Below are positions 21,441 to 31,442 of a stretch of 64,000 nucleotides of DNA, in pieces. The position numbers were made by a program, and so were the translations under genes. The notes beneath the pieces are model-generated. The model searched no databases and was not told the origin of the DNA. It saw only the letters and a program-made list of their open reading frames with translations. This stretch comes from an uncultured Candidatus Rokubacteria bacterium. GTDB taxonomy: Bacteria > Methylomirabilota > Methylomirabilia > Rokubacteriales > DASRDR01. Each line of letters begins with the position of its first letter. The stretch's first letter is position 1. The stretch lies in assembly GCA_963805625.1 (NCBI GenBank), contig CAWDVE010000010.1, positions 32,001-96,000 of the forward strand, read 5' to 3'.

Positions 21441-21645
21441 TATGGGAAATATTTAGCATTAATTCATTGTGCAACTTTTGGACTGGAGAGAGCGGGTCAT
21501 TACAGGAGTATATTGTGGTGCTTTTTGCTTTCGTTTTTTTAGGATCGCTGGAGCCACCATGTCGGAATTTTCCTTGAATAATTTCCAGAATTATATTATT
21601 ACCAACTATTATCTGTTGACAGCGCCAATAAGTTATGGTGATAGT

Positions 21646-21873
21646 ATGGAAAGACAACCCGTTCAATCCTGTAACCTGAAAAGTGTTGGTTACGATAATA
21701 CATTAAAAAATCTGGAGATTGAGTTTCATTCCGGGCTGATTTATCAATATCAGAATGTTCCTTCCCAAATCTATGCAAATCTTTTAAGTGCCCAGTCGAC
21801 CGGGACGTTTTTTACTGACAAGATAAAAAACCGGTATCGATCGAAGCGGCTGGATAAAGTTACCGTCCAGTGA
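21646..21873 (+). CDS. KTSC-domain protein
   Basis: MERQPVQSCNLKSVGYD..LEIEFHSG.IYQYQNVP..Y..LLSAQSTGTFF. Confidence 0.88.
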   Translation: MERQPVQSCNLKSVGYDNTLKNLEIEFHSGLIYQYQNVPSQIYANLLSAQSTGTFFTDKIKNRYRSKRLDKVTVQ

Positions 21874-22023
21874 CTGGCCGGGTACCGTGGATTTCATTCC
21901 TTCCCTGCCACTTTTTATCAGTTCAGAACCTGTTGCCAGGTTTTCATACTGGATACCCCGGTAGTTATAACAATTTTATGTAAGGTATCTTCTGTCTGGA
22001 TGAATGGGGAATTTGAAGAAGTC

Positions 22024-23508
22024 TCAATGCCTGAAGTATCGGACACCGGTAAAAATCATCGCCATATGAAGCCTGTTCGCAGCATCGATTACCTCTTTGT
22101 CGCGGATGGATCCACCCGGTTGTATAAGTGCTGTAGCTCCTGCTTCAGCCGCAACTTCGAGGGTGTCTGCAAATGGCAGAAATGCATCTGAAGCGACAGC
22201 AGACCCAATCAGCGATGATCGGGCTTTCCCGACGGCAATTTTTGCAGCATCCACTCTGCTCATCTGACCGGCACCAATCCCGAGAGTACGCTTCTGATCG
22301 GCAAAGATAATGGTATTGCTTCTGGCATGCTTACACACCTTCCAGGCAAGCTGGACCGCCCGCAGCTCATCGGGAGTCGGGTCTCGATCGGTGATCACCT
22401 TCCAGTGCTCCTGATAAGGGGGCGTTCGCTGAACAAGGACTCCTCCATCAATCGATCGGATTTCATCAGAACCGGATTTTTCCGGCAGAATCAGCACACG
22501 CATGTTTTCCTTTTTCCTGATGATGGCAAGGGCTTCTTCAGAAAATGACGGGGCAACGAGGACTTCAACAAATGTTCCGGCAATCTCTTCTGCTGTGTTT
22601 TTATTGATTTCACGGTTGAAACAGACAACGGATCCGTAAGCAGAAACGGGATCGACTTCGCGGGCATCGATGTAGGCCTCGGCTATGTCTGTGCCAAGAG
22701 CGACACCGCAGGGATTATTATGCTTTATAATGACAGCAGCAGGATCTTCAAATTCCCGGAGGAGTGCCACACCGGCATTTACATCAAGATAATTGTTATA
22801 GGACATCTGCTTTCCCTGAAGGGGTATGGCTCCTGCAATACCAAGCTCCCCATACACTGCAGCCTCCTGATGCGGATTTTCCCCGTACCGCAGTGTTCTG
22901 CCATGACTGAACTGAACCGTATAGGTCGTGGGAAACGAATCACTGAGACCGAACAGGTAGTTGCTGATGGCACCATCATAGGCTGCCGTTCTGGCAAACG
23001 CTTTTTTTGCAAAAGCAAGGCGCTGATCGAGAGAAAGTTCATTGCCCTGAATTGCTGTAATTAACGACGGATAATCCTCAGGGTCTACAACAACCGTGAC
23101 ATTTTTGAAATTTTTTGCTGCTGCCCGGATCATCGCAGGTCCACCGACATCGATATACTCGATCAATGATTCGAGATCCATGTGCTGCCCTGCCATCTTC
23201 TCAAAAGGGTACAGGTTTACAACGAGGACATCGATCCGGTTAATACCATGCTTAGCCATTACCAGATCATCAATCTGCCTTCTTCCCAGGAGACCCCCGT
23301 GAACTTTCGGATGCAGCGTCTTTACCCGGCCATCCATCATCTCGGGAAAACCGGTGTAACTGGAAACCTCGGTAAACTTTATGCCGGCTTCGGCAAGTGC
23401 CTTTCCGGTCCCGCCTGAGCTCATAATATTATATTTCTGACGCGAAAGTTCCTCGGCAAGCTCGACGATACCGGTCTTGTCCCAGACCGAGAGTAGTGCC
23501 CACTTCAT
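22024..23508 (-). CDS. purH: Bifunctional AICAR transformylase/IMP cyclohydrolase
   Basis: GRVKTLHP, IDVGGPAMIRAAAKN, LRYGENPHQ, KHNNPCG and GVRYFRH motifs. Confidence 0.96.
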   Translation of the reverse strand: MKWALLSVWDKTGIVELAEELSRQKYNIMSSGGTGKALAEAGIKFTEVSSYTGFPEMMDGRVKTLHPKVHGGLLGRRQIDDLVMAKHGINRIDVLVVNLYPFEKMAGQHMDLESLIEYIDVGGPAMIRAAAKNFKNVTVVVDPEDYPSLITAIQGNELSLDQRLAFAKKAFARTAAYDGAISNYLFGLSDSFPTTYTVQFSHGRTLRYGENPHQEAAVYGELGIAGAIPLQGKQMSYNNYLDVNAGVALLREFEDPAAVIIKHNNPCGVALGTDIAEAYIDAREVDPVSAYGSVVCFNREINKNTAEEIAGTFVEVLVAPSFSEEALAIIRKKENMRVLILPEKSGSDEIRSIDGGVLVQRTPPYQEHWKVITDRDPTPDELRAVQLAWKVCKHARSNTIIFADQKRTLGIGAGQMSRVDAAKIAVGKARSSLIGSAVASDAFLPFADTLEVAAEAGATALIQPGGSIRDKEVIDAANRLHMAMIFTGVRYFRH

Positions 23509-23645
23509 GGTGAAGTGTATGCATAACAGGAAAGAAAAATGTATGCAGCGTGCATATCGGGTGAATGGATGAGTATGGCCATACTAACCACGACAGCCCT
23601 GGTTTTCCGGTTTGACCTTCTCCAGTGGATCATCCCTTAATTGGC

Positions 23646-24074
23646 AGCTCTGTTGAAACGGGCATGAACGGGAAAATTGAACTAAACAGATGTTCGTAAT
23701 GGATTGTTTATTCTTCAAAATTATTTGCGATGAACCCCGCCGCCCCCGACGGGGCGCCCCCGCGGCGGATCAGTATCTGTAAGCATATTTGCAAAACACC
23801 GCACTGCCCCGCCGTGCCTCGAAGAGGCCCTGAGGCGGGGGACCCTCCTAAAATAGGATGGTTTAATGATTTTCATCGCAATTTGTTGAAATCTTAGGGT
23901 TTCTGAGGGGAACAGTGCCTGTCCCCCGACCGCCCCTGCGGTTTACGATTGTGTTGTATTACCTTCTCGGGAATTATCGCTCGACAGGGGATGTCACAGC
24001 GGCGAGTGTGGAGGCATTACGTGCCGTTGTCCTGAAGAGCGTTGAGAAAAATATTGTGAGGATTTAACAGGACC
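23646..24074 (+). mobile_element. MITE-like composite element, copy 2, with the internal hairpin cassette inverted
   Basis: Left end AGCTCTGTTGAAACGGGCATGAAC and degenerate right end ATTTAACAGGACC; A(rc) 23737-23768, B(rc) 23807-23840, module C about 23905-23972. Confidence 0.75.
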
Positions 24075-24368
24075 GAAATGGCTTAAAAAAGGGAAAGATA
24101 CTATGGGAATTATCGAAAAAATCCGGAAAACCGGGAAATCGTAGTCAGGGTATCCTGTGCGTGATTTTTTCATCATAGGTGAAAAAAAGGAATTCTGAAT
24201 AACAGTTATTTTTTAATATGCACGCAATTCTGATGATCGGCCGATAAAAATCGCCCTAAAATAAAATCAATTATAAATTTACGCCTCATTTGTCAAACCG
24301 GGTGAAATTTACAGGTATTTGAATTAATATGATATCAAAATTTATATAGAACCACAATACAATAGATA

Positions 24369-24932
24369 ATGGAACATCAAACGGGATGTACTATGGACGA
24401 CGCAGAAATCAGTACAGGACAGGAGAGAGCACCTGATCAGGGAGGAGAAAATTGCCTGACGGAATGTCCATCGTGTGCAGCCGAGCAGGAAAGACAGAAG
24501 ACCGCATATGCTGAATTGAATGACCAGTTCCTGCGTCTTGCAGCGGATTTTGAAAATTTCAAAAAACGCTCGGCACGCGATCGGGAGCTTTTTGTCTCTC
24601 TTGCAATTGAACGATTTGCTATTGACATTCTTGAAGTACTGGATAATTTTGAACGGGCAGTACAATCTGATGATGCCCATCTGCGCGAAGGAGTGAATCA
24701 GATCCAGCAGCTTCTTCATGATCGGTTATTGCGAAATGGCATCACGCCTGTGGACCCACTTAAAACACAATTTAATCCTGCGGAGCATGAAGCAGTCGCT
24801 CATATTGCATCTGACGAACCCGCGGGTTCGGTGATAGATGTGATAGCCCGTGGATACCGGATGAATGATAAGGTAATCAGATACGCAAAAGTAGCAGTCT
24901 CAAAAGGAAATCAGAAAGACCAGGAGGTATAA
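24369..24932 (+). CDS. grpE: Nucleotide exchange factor GrpE
   Basis: [32 protein letters not shown] and [11 protein letters not shown] motifs. Confidence 0.95.
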   Translation: MEHQTGCTMDDAEISTGQERAPDQGGENCLTECPSCAAEQERQKTAYAELNDQFLRLAADFENFKKRSARDRELFVSLAIERFAIDILEVLDNFERAVQSDDAHLREGVNQIQQLLHDRLLRNGITPVDPLKTQFNPAEHEAVAHIASDEPAGSVIDVIARGYRMNDKVIRYAKVAVSKGNQKDQEV

Positions 24933-24934
24933 AA

Positions 24935-26782
24935 ATGGTAACAGAAAAGGTTCTGGGAATTGATTTGGGAACAACATTTTCCTGCATGTCGATCATGGAA
25001 GCAGGAAAGCCGATCGTGATCCCAAACGCAGAAGGAGGAAGGACAACCGCATCCATCGTTGCGTTCACCAAAGAAGGAGAGCGTCTGGTCGGGAGTCTTG
25101 CCAAACGCCAGGCCGTAACAAATCCCCAGCGGACCATCCAGTCGATCAAGCGAAAAATGGGGACAACAGAAAAAATAAAAATTGACGATAAGAGTTACTC
25201 ACCCCAGGAAATATCGGCAATGATCCTTCAGAAACTGAAGATCGATGCCGAAGCATATCTCGGTGAGAAAATTTCAAAAGCGGTCATTACGGTGCCAGCT
25301 TACTTTAATGATGCGCAACGTCAGGCGACCAAGGATGCCGGAAAGATTGCCGGCCTTGATGTCCTGCGGATTATCAATGAACCCACCGCAAGCGCACTGG
25401 CCTATGGTATTGACAAGGAGCAGGATGCAACCGTGCTTGTCTATGATCTCGGGGGCGGTACATTCGATGTTTCGATCCTGACTCTTGGTGATGGTGTCTT
25501 TGAAGTGAAATCAACTGCCGGCAACAATCACCTTGGCGGCGATGACTTTGATAAACGCATCACGGATTACCTTGTCGAGGAATTCCGGAAAAAGGAAGGT
25601 GTAGATCTTCGCAATGACCCGTATGCGATGCAGAGACTGCGTGATGCATCAGAAAATGCAAAGATTGAGCTCTCACAACGCCAGTCCACAAATATCAACC
25701 TCCCCTACATAACAACTGATTCAAACGGTCCGAAATTCCTCAACATCGACCTCACCCGTTCAAAACTTGAACAACTCATCGGGGACCTTGTTGAATCCAC
25801 CATTGGTCCGGTTAAGCAGGCGCTGAGCGATGCAAAGCTTGAGCCAAAAGATATTGACCATGTCCTTCTCGTTGGAGGCTCTATCCGTGTCCCACTCGTG
25901 CAGGAGACGGTCAAAAAGATCCTGGGCAAGGAACCCGACAAGGGTATTAATCCTGATGAGTGCGTTGCCCTCGGGGCAGGTATCCAGGGCGCAGTTCTGA
26001 CCGGTGAAACAAAAGATATCGTCCTCCTGGATGTGACTCCTCTTACCCTCGGTATTGAGACGCTGGGCGGTATTGCCACCAAATTAATTGAACGCAATAC
26101 CACAATTCCGACACGCAAAAGCCAGATATTCTCGACAGCAGCGGATGGCCAGACAAGTGTTGAAATCCATGTGGTACAGGGTGAACGGGCCCTCGCAAAG
26201 GATAACTTCACCCTCGGCAAGTTCCAGCTGACCGGGATCCCTCCTGCCCCCCGTGGCATACCCCAGATTGAAGTCACCTTTGATATTGATTCAAACGGGA
26301 TCATTCACGTCTCAGCAAAGGATCTTGGGTCCGGCAACCAGCAGGCGATCTCGATCAAGGGAGATAAGAAACTCACCGAAGAAGATATCAAAAAGATGAT
26401 GGATGCAGCCAAACAGTTCGAAGCTGAGGATAAGAAAAAGCGTGACGAGATTGAACTGCATAACCAGGCTGAAACTGCCATTTTCACGGCAGAAAAGATG
26501 CTGAAAGAAAGTGGTGATAAGCTTGAACCCGCAGATAAACAAAAAGTTGAGGAAGGTGTTGCTGAGGTAAAGAAGGCACTGACTGAAGACAACCCTGAGT
26601 CCATAAAAAAGACCATGGAAGAACTGACAGAATCGGTTTACTCTGCCACTACAAAACTCTACCAGAAAATGCAGGCAGATCAGGCCGCACAGCAGCAGGC
26701 AGGAACGGGTGCATCTCCCGGGCAGGATAAACAACCTGAAGATAATGTCGTCAATGCCGATTATAACGTAAAAGAAGAGTGA
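24935..26782 (+). CDS. dnaK: Chaperone DnaK (Hsp70)
   Basis: [31 protein letters not shown] and [10 protein letters not shown] motifs. Confidence 0.98.
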   Translation: MVTEKVLGIDLGTTFSCMSIMEAGKPIVIPNAEGGRTTASIVAFTKEGERLVGSLAKRQAVTNPQRTIQSIKRKMGTTEKIKIDDKSYSPQEISAMILQKLKIDAEAYLGEKISKAVITVPAYFNDAQRQATKDAGKIAGLDVLRIINEPTASALAYGIDKEQDATVLVYDLGGGTFDVSILTLGDGVFEVKSTAGNNHLGGDDFDKRITDYLVEEFRKKEGVDLRNDPYAMQRLRDASENAKIELSQRQSTNINLPYITTDSNGPKFLNIDLTRSKLEQLIGDLVESTIGPVKQALSDAKLEPKDIDHVLLVGGSIRVPLVQETVKKILGKEPDKGINPDECVALGAGIQGAVLTGETKDIVLLDVTPLTLGIETLGGIATKLIERNTTIPTRKSQIFSTAADGQTSVEIHVVQGERALAKDNFTLGKFQLTGIPPAPRGIPQIEVTFDIDSNGIIHVSAKDLGSGNQQAISIKGDKKLTEEDIKKMMDAAKQFEAEDKKKRDEIELHNQAETAIFTAEKMLKESGDKLEPADKQKVEEGVAEVKKALTEDNPESIKKTMEELTESVYSATTKLYQKMQADQAAQQQAGTGASPGQDKQPEDNVVNADYNVKEE

Positions 26783-26788
26783 GCACAG

Positions 26789-27919
26789 ATGGGTACGGGA
26801 GATTATTACGATGTCCTCGGCATACCCCGTAGTGCTGACGATAAAGAAATTAAGAAGGCATACCGGAACCTCGCACGGAAATTCCATCCCGATGTATGCA
26901 AGGATACGGGTGCTGAGGAGAAATTCAAGGAGATCAACGAAGCGTATAGCGTGCTTTCCGATGATCAGAAGAAAGCACAATACGACAATATGGGCCATGA
27001 AACCTATACCAGTGCTTCGAAGGGCTCGTATACCGGTGGAGGCGGGTTCGGGGGCGGAGGTTTCAGTGCGGACTTTTCCGGCTTTGGCGATATCTTTGAT
27101 TTCTTTGGCGGCGGTCAGCGACGTTCAGGTCCGCAGCCCGGCGCTGATCTGCTTATGCGCATCCAGATCAGGTTAGAAGATGCAGTATCCGGAGTGGACC
27201 GCGATATCGAAGTGATGCATACTGAACCCTGTTCCGCATGCGGTGGAACCGGAAGTGAAACAAAAAAACTGAATATATGTCCCCGTTGCGGGGGTAGCGG
27301 ACAGATGAGGCAGGCCGCTCATTCAGCGTTCGGCCAGTTTGTCCGTATGACGACCTGTACCCAGTGTAACGGGAAGGGAAAAATCGCGGAAAAAATCTGC
27401 AGGGAATGCCATGGGTCCGGTCATTCGCGGGTGAAAAGAAATGTTTCCGTCCATATACCTGCAGGAATCGATAATGGTATGCGCCTCCGCATGGAAGGGT
27501 ATGGCGAGGCAGGAGATTATGGTGCACCCAATGGCGACCTGTTCATCGAGGTCTATGTCCAGTCCCATGACCGGTTTACCCGGAACGGGGATAATCTCGA
27601 GACGATTATTGAAATCAGTCCTGCACAGGCAGTGCTTGGTACCTCCGTCGAGATCGAAACGATAGACAAGCGTCATATCGAGTTGAAAGTGCCCCCCGGT
27701 ATCCAGTTCAATACCGCCTTGAAAATCGCAGCCGAAGGTGTGAAGCGCCGTGGGAAGCCTGGCGATTTGCTGGTCAGGGTAAAAATTGTTACACCCAGGT
27801 CTCTTTCCAGTGAGCAGAAAGAACTTTACCAGAAACTTGCCGAGCTTGAAGGCAAAAGCAGCGGTGCGGGCGGTTTTTTCTCCGGTATAATGGGTGGCAA
27901 GAAGAAAAGTAAAAAGTAA
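26789..27919 (+). CDS. dnaJ: Chaperone DnaJ
   Basis: J domain with HPD, G/F-rich region, four CxxCxGxG repeats. Confidence 0.97.
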   Translation: MGTGDYYDVLGIPRSADDKEIKKAYRNLARKFHPDVCKDTGAEEKFKEINEAYSVLSDDQKKAQYDNMGHETYTSASKGSYTGGGGFGGGGFSADFSGFGDIFDFFGGGQRRSGPQPGADLLMRIQIRLEDAVSGVDRDIEVMHTEPCSACGGTGSETKKLNICPRCGGSGQMRQAAHSAFGQFVRMTTCTQCNGKGKIAEKICRECHGSGHSRVKRNVSVHIPAGIDNGMRLRMEGYGEAGDYGAPNGDLFIEVYVQSHDRFTRNGDNLETIIEISPAQAVLGTSVEIETIDKRHIELKVPPGIQFNTALKIAAEGVKRRGKPGDLLVRVKIVTPRSLSSEQKELYQKLAELEGKSSGAGGFFSGIMGGKKKSKK

Positions 27920-28186
27920 ACAAATCTATTTTTCAGTTATTTTTAAAGCTCATACTCATCTGGGTCAATCCAGGATATGCTTGCATTCGATAATTGAGAG
28001 AAATTTCATCCTGGACAGATTATTCATAATAAATTGCTGGAATCGGGCCTCTCTGGCAGCATGCCAGAACTTTTCCCGGACGGAAAAATGTTCATACACG
28101 ATGAACAGGCAGCGAATAGTGAAGATTTTTTCGCAGTAATATTTTCGTACACACCTATTTGAATGAAGGTGACAAATGAGATCAGG

Positions 28187-29155
28187 ATGAGGCTGCTCTT
28201 CGAGCTTTCCGGTGAAAATCCGACACTGCCCTTCGCCGAACTTGACTGCATAGGTAACGTTCTCGACAGACGTCTCCAGGTCGCGGTTGTAGAATCCCCG
28301 GATCCGAAATTGGCGACCCGGCTTGCCATGACACAGGTAGTGTCGGAATATCTTGGCGAGTGTGAACCCACTATCCCGGCCTTCGAAGAACTGCTCAAAG
28401 AGCTTGCCATTGAAACCCGGCAGTCCTTTGCAGGACGTGTCAAAAAGGTTCACGGGGGTTGCCTCGAAAGAAATCCCTGTTCACAGCGGGAGTTTGAGTG
28501 TCTGATTGGTACCAGGATCTCCGGTCCCGTTTCTCTTAAAAAGCCTCAGGTCGAATACCGTGCCGTACTTTCGGAGGATCGCTGCTATTTTGGAAAAGTG
28601 CTCTTTTCAATCGACCGCGGGTCCTTTGATACCCGGAATCCCGGGAAACGGGATTTTTTTCACCCGGGCGTAATGATGCCAAGAATGGCCCGCACCCTCA
28701 TCAATCTGACCTGTGTCAGGGCGGGGGACATCATGCTTGATCCTTTCTGTGGGACCGGCGGTATCCTGATTGAGGCAGAGATGATCGGTATCCGTTCCGT
28801 GGGCAGTGATTTTGATCCATTGATGGCAGCTGGCAGCCGGCAGAACATTACCAACTCAGATCTCCTGCTTGCAGATGCAACACGTCTTCCGTTTCTCAGT
28901 CAATCCTTCGATGCAGTGGTAACGGATTTCCCTTACGGCCAGTCTGTCTGCATCAAAAAAACCGACACCATGGACAACCTGTATGCTGATGCACTCGAAG
29001 AGATACGTCGCGTGATTAAGCATGGTCGGAGAGCTGTTGTAGTTACTCACCGGGATATCTCTGATATTGCAGGACAGCATATGACCATTCTCCAGCGTCA
29101 TGAGCAACGAGTCCATAAAAGTCTGACCCGTCGCATCCTTGTCCTCACCGAATAA
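28187..29155 (+). CDS. THUMP-type tRNA m2G10 methyltransferase (Trm11/TIGR01177-like)
   Basis: FFHPGVMMPRMARTLIN, DPFCGTGG and TDFPYG motifs. Confidence 0.85.
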   Translation: MRLLFELSGENPTLPFAELDCIGNVLDRRLQVAVVESPDPKLATRLAMTQVVSEYLGECEPTIPAFEELLKELAIETRQSFAGRVKKVHGGCLERNPCSQREFECLIGTRISGPVSLKKPQVEYRAVLSEDRCYFGKVLFSIDRGSFDTRNPGKRDFFHPGVMMPRMARTLINLTCVRAGDIMLDPFCGTGGILIEAEMIGIRSVGSDFDPLMAAGSRQNITNSDLLLADATRLPFLSQSFDAVVTDFPYGQSVCIKKTDTMDNLYADALEEIRRVIKHGRRAVVVTHRDISDIAGQHMTILQRHEQRVHKSLTRRILVLTE

Positions 29156-29282
29156 TGTTCTGCCATCCTTCCCCATTTCGGATCTCCTCTGTCTGCCAGT
29201 CAATCGAACCTGCATAGTGGAATGGGTAGACGGGCATGTGTCTCTGAAAAACAATAAATATCCCCGGGATATACTACTGCAA

Positions 29283-29852
29283 ATGAGGGAGCTGAAGAAT
29301 AGTATACGGCAGATCCTGCGTCAGCGCAAAGATGCAATGACTACGGAAGAGAGGCTGAATAAAAGCGCAGGGATCTGCCGCCATCTTCTGGCACTGATCA
29401 GGAATGGCGAAACTGTAATGGTATACACCTCAAAGGAAAAAGAGGTACATACAACACACCTTATCGCTGCCCTCCTTGAACGCGGAAATCCGATTATCGT
29501 GCCTATAATTGTGAAAGAAGATGTCAGTCTGCGACTCTCTTATCTGAAAGATCTCTCTTCTCTTGTCCCGAGCACGTTTGGTGTCCCGGAACCTATAGGA
29601 AGTGAGATACCGGCGACAGGTGGTGACGTGGATACGATCATCCTCCCCATGCATGGTTTTGACCGGACCGGGCGGAGAATCGGGTATGGAGCCGGGTATT
29701 ATGACCGGTTCCTGGCAAAACATCCGAATTTACGAAAAATCGGGATCGCTTTCGCCTGCCAGGAATATGAAAATCTGCCCGTTGATGAGAATGATATCCC
29801 CATGGATTATATCATAACCGAAGAAGGTATTGTGTATCCGGAGGGGGAGTGA
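29283..29852 (+). CDS. 5-formyltetrahydrofolate cyclo-ligase family protein
   Basis: K..IRQ..RQR start; FGVPEP, FDRTGRRIGYGAGYYDRFL and DIPMDYIITE motifs. Confidence 0.9.
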   Translation: MRELKNSIRQILRQRKDAMTTEERLNKSAGICRHLLALIRNGETVMVYTSKEKEVHTTHLIAALLERGNPIIVPIIVKEDVSLRLSYLKDLSSLVPSTFGVPEPIGSEIPATGGDVDTIILPMHGFDRTGRRIGYGAGYYDRFLAKHPNLRKIGIAFACQEYENLPVDENDIPMDYIITEEGIVYPEGE

Positions 29853-29856
29853 TACA

Positions 29857-30748
29857 ACGGAGATAAACGGTACAAAAATTCTGGATACCTATGCAGAGGC
29901 ATTCCCGGTCTGGCTTTCCCGGGTTATTATTACTGCAGCAACACGAGAATGGGCGTATAAGGCGGCAGTTGAAGCGACAGGATTTGCGACATCAAAAATC
30001 GGGTGTCCCTGTGAAGCCGGGATCGAAGGGTATCTCTCAAAAAAAGAGACTCCTGACGGCAGGGCAGGTGTTTCCATCCTGATCTGTTCAGATAAGAAGA
30101 CCATGAAATCAAATGTCGCATCCCGGATTTCCCAGTGTATCCTCCCGGCGCCTACAGCATCGGCCTATGACGGATTTCCTGAAGCCGGATCACGGTTCTA
30201 TATCCGTATGCACTATTTCGGGGACACCTATGAGGAGCGCTGCAGCATCAATGGCAGAAAATGCTGGAAGATCCCCATCATGGAGGGAAACTATATCGGT
30301 GAGGAACGATTTGGGACCGTAAAGGGAATAGCAGGGGGCAATTTTCTTGTCATGGGAAAGAACCAGAAGTCGGCACTTTCCGGTATTGAAGCAGCAGCTG
30401 ATGCTGTCGCGGGATTAAAGGGTGTCATAACCAGTTTTGCAGGAGGAATTGTTGCAAGTGGTTCGAAGACTGGGCAGTAAAAATTACCGTTTTCCCATGC
30501 CGGCGAGCACAAATCATGTATGGTGCCCGACCCTGAAAGGAAAAATCGGCGATTCGAATGTACCTGAAGGGGTAGGATCGGTATATGAGATGGTAATGAA
30601 CGGAATCAGTGAAAATCATATCAGGGCCGCAATGAAGGCGGGCATACTCGCTGCCACGGAAACAGGGAGGGTCATGTTTATCGGGGCATCAAATTTTGAG
30701 GGAAAACTTGGCCAGTACAGGTTTTACCTGCATGACCTGTTCAGGTAA
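29857..30748 (+). CDS. ftr: Formylmethanofuran:H4MPT formyltransferase paralog; apparent ACG start and +1 frameshift at 30469
   Basis: DTYAEAF, GFATSKIGCPCEAG, TPDGRAG, GIAGGNF, GGIVASGSK(L)GS and ASTNHVWCPTL motifs. Confidence 0.85.
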
Positions 30749-30953
30749 CGGTCATATGGTTGTTACGGGACCTGGTTTTTCCAGGAATACTACGTATATG
30801 TACAAGGGGATGCTCTATTCATCGCCGGGGGCGGGATGTATCCTGAAAGGTTTATTATTTTTTGGTAATTATTCAATAAAAACCACCAATCGATAATTTC
30901 CCATGAGAACATGTCAGAAATAACTCTTATTTTTAAAAAATGAAGACGTTCTT

Positions 30954-31410
30954 GGGGGCGGAGGCATCACGTGCCATAGCCCGAAAAAAGAGCGTTAAGA
31001 AAAATATTTTGAAAATTTCCCATCAAAATAGAATTAAACAGATGTGAGTAATGGATTGTTTATTTCTCATAATTATTTGTGATGAACCCCGCCGCGGGGG
31101 CGTCCCTCCGGGGGCGACGGCGATTATCCTTATGCATAGAAGAGTTGCAAATCTCATAAGATGATAGCAGTTTAAAGTATATTTCGGCATGAACTCCTTA
31201 GTTTTCAACAAATTGGAAATACCTATCTCAAAGGAACCCTGCGCCCCCGAAGGGCGCCCCCGCGGCGGATAGGTCTCGTAAGTATATTTGCAACACCGCA
31301 CTCCCCGCCGTGCCTCGGAGAGGCCCTGAGGCGGGGCCTCAGAAAATTATAGGGTTTAATGATTTTCATGTTCAGTGTGAACTCACGTTCATGCCCGTTT
31401 CAACAGAGGC
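30954..31410. mobile_element. Rearranged MITE-like composite element, copy 4
   Basis: End module 30954-31020, cassette flank, A(+) 31089-31120, A(rc) 31238-31268, B(rc) 31303-31336, terminus GTTCATGCCCGTTTCAACAGAGGC ending at 31410. Confidence 0.7.
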
Positions 31411-31442
31411 AATGTAACGAAACCGATGAAAAAAGTTAATGA

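Noticed and set aside
25245-26998. Long antisense and alternate-frame ORFs over dnaK, amtB, the TPR gene and the coiled-coil gene
   Set aside because: Shadow ORFs expected from the codon bias of the real genes; no recognisable motifs
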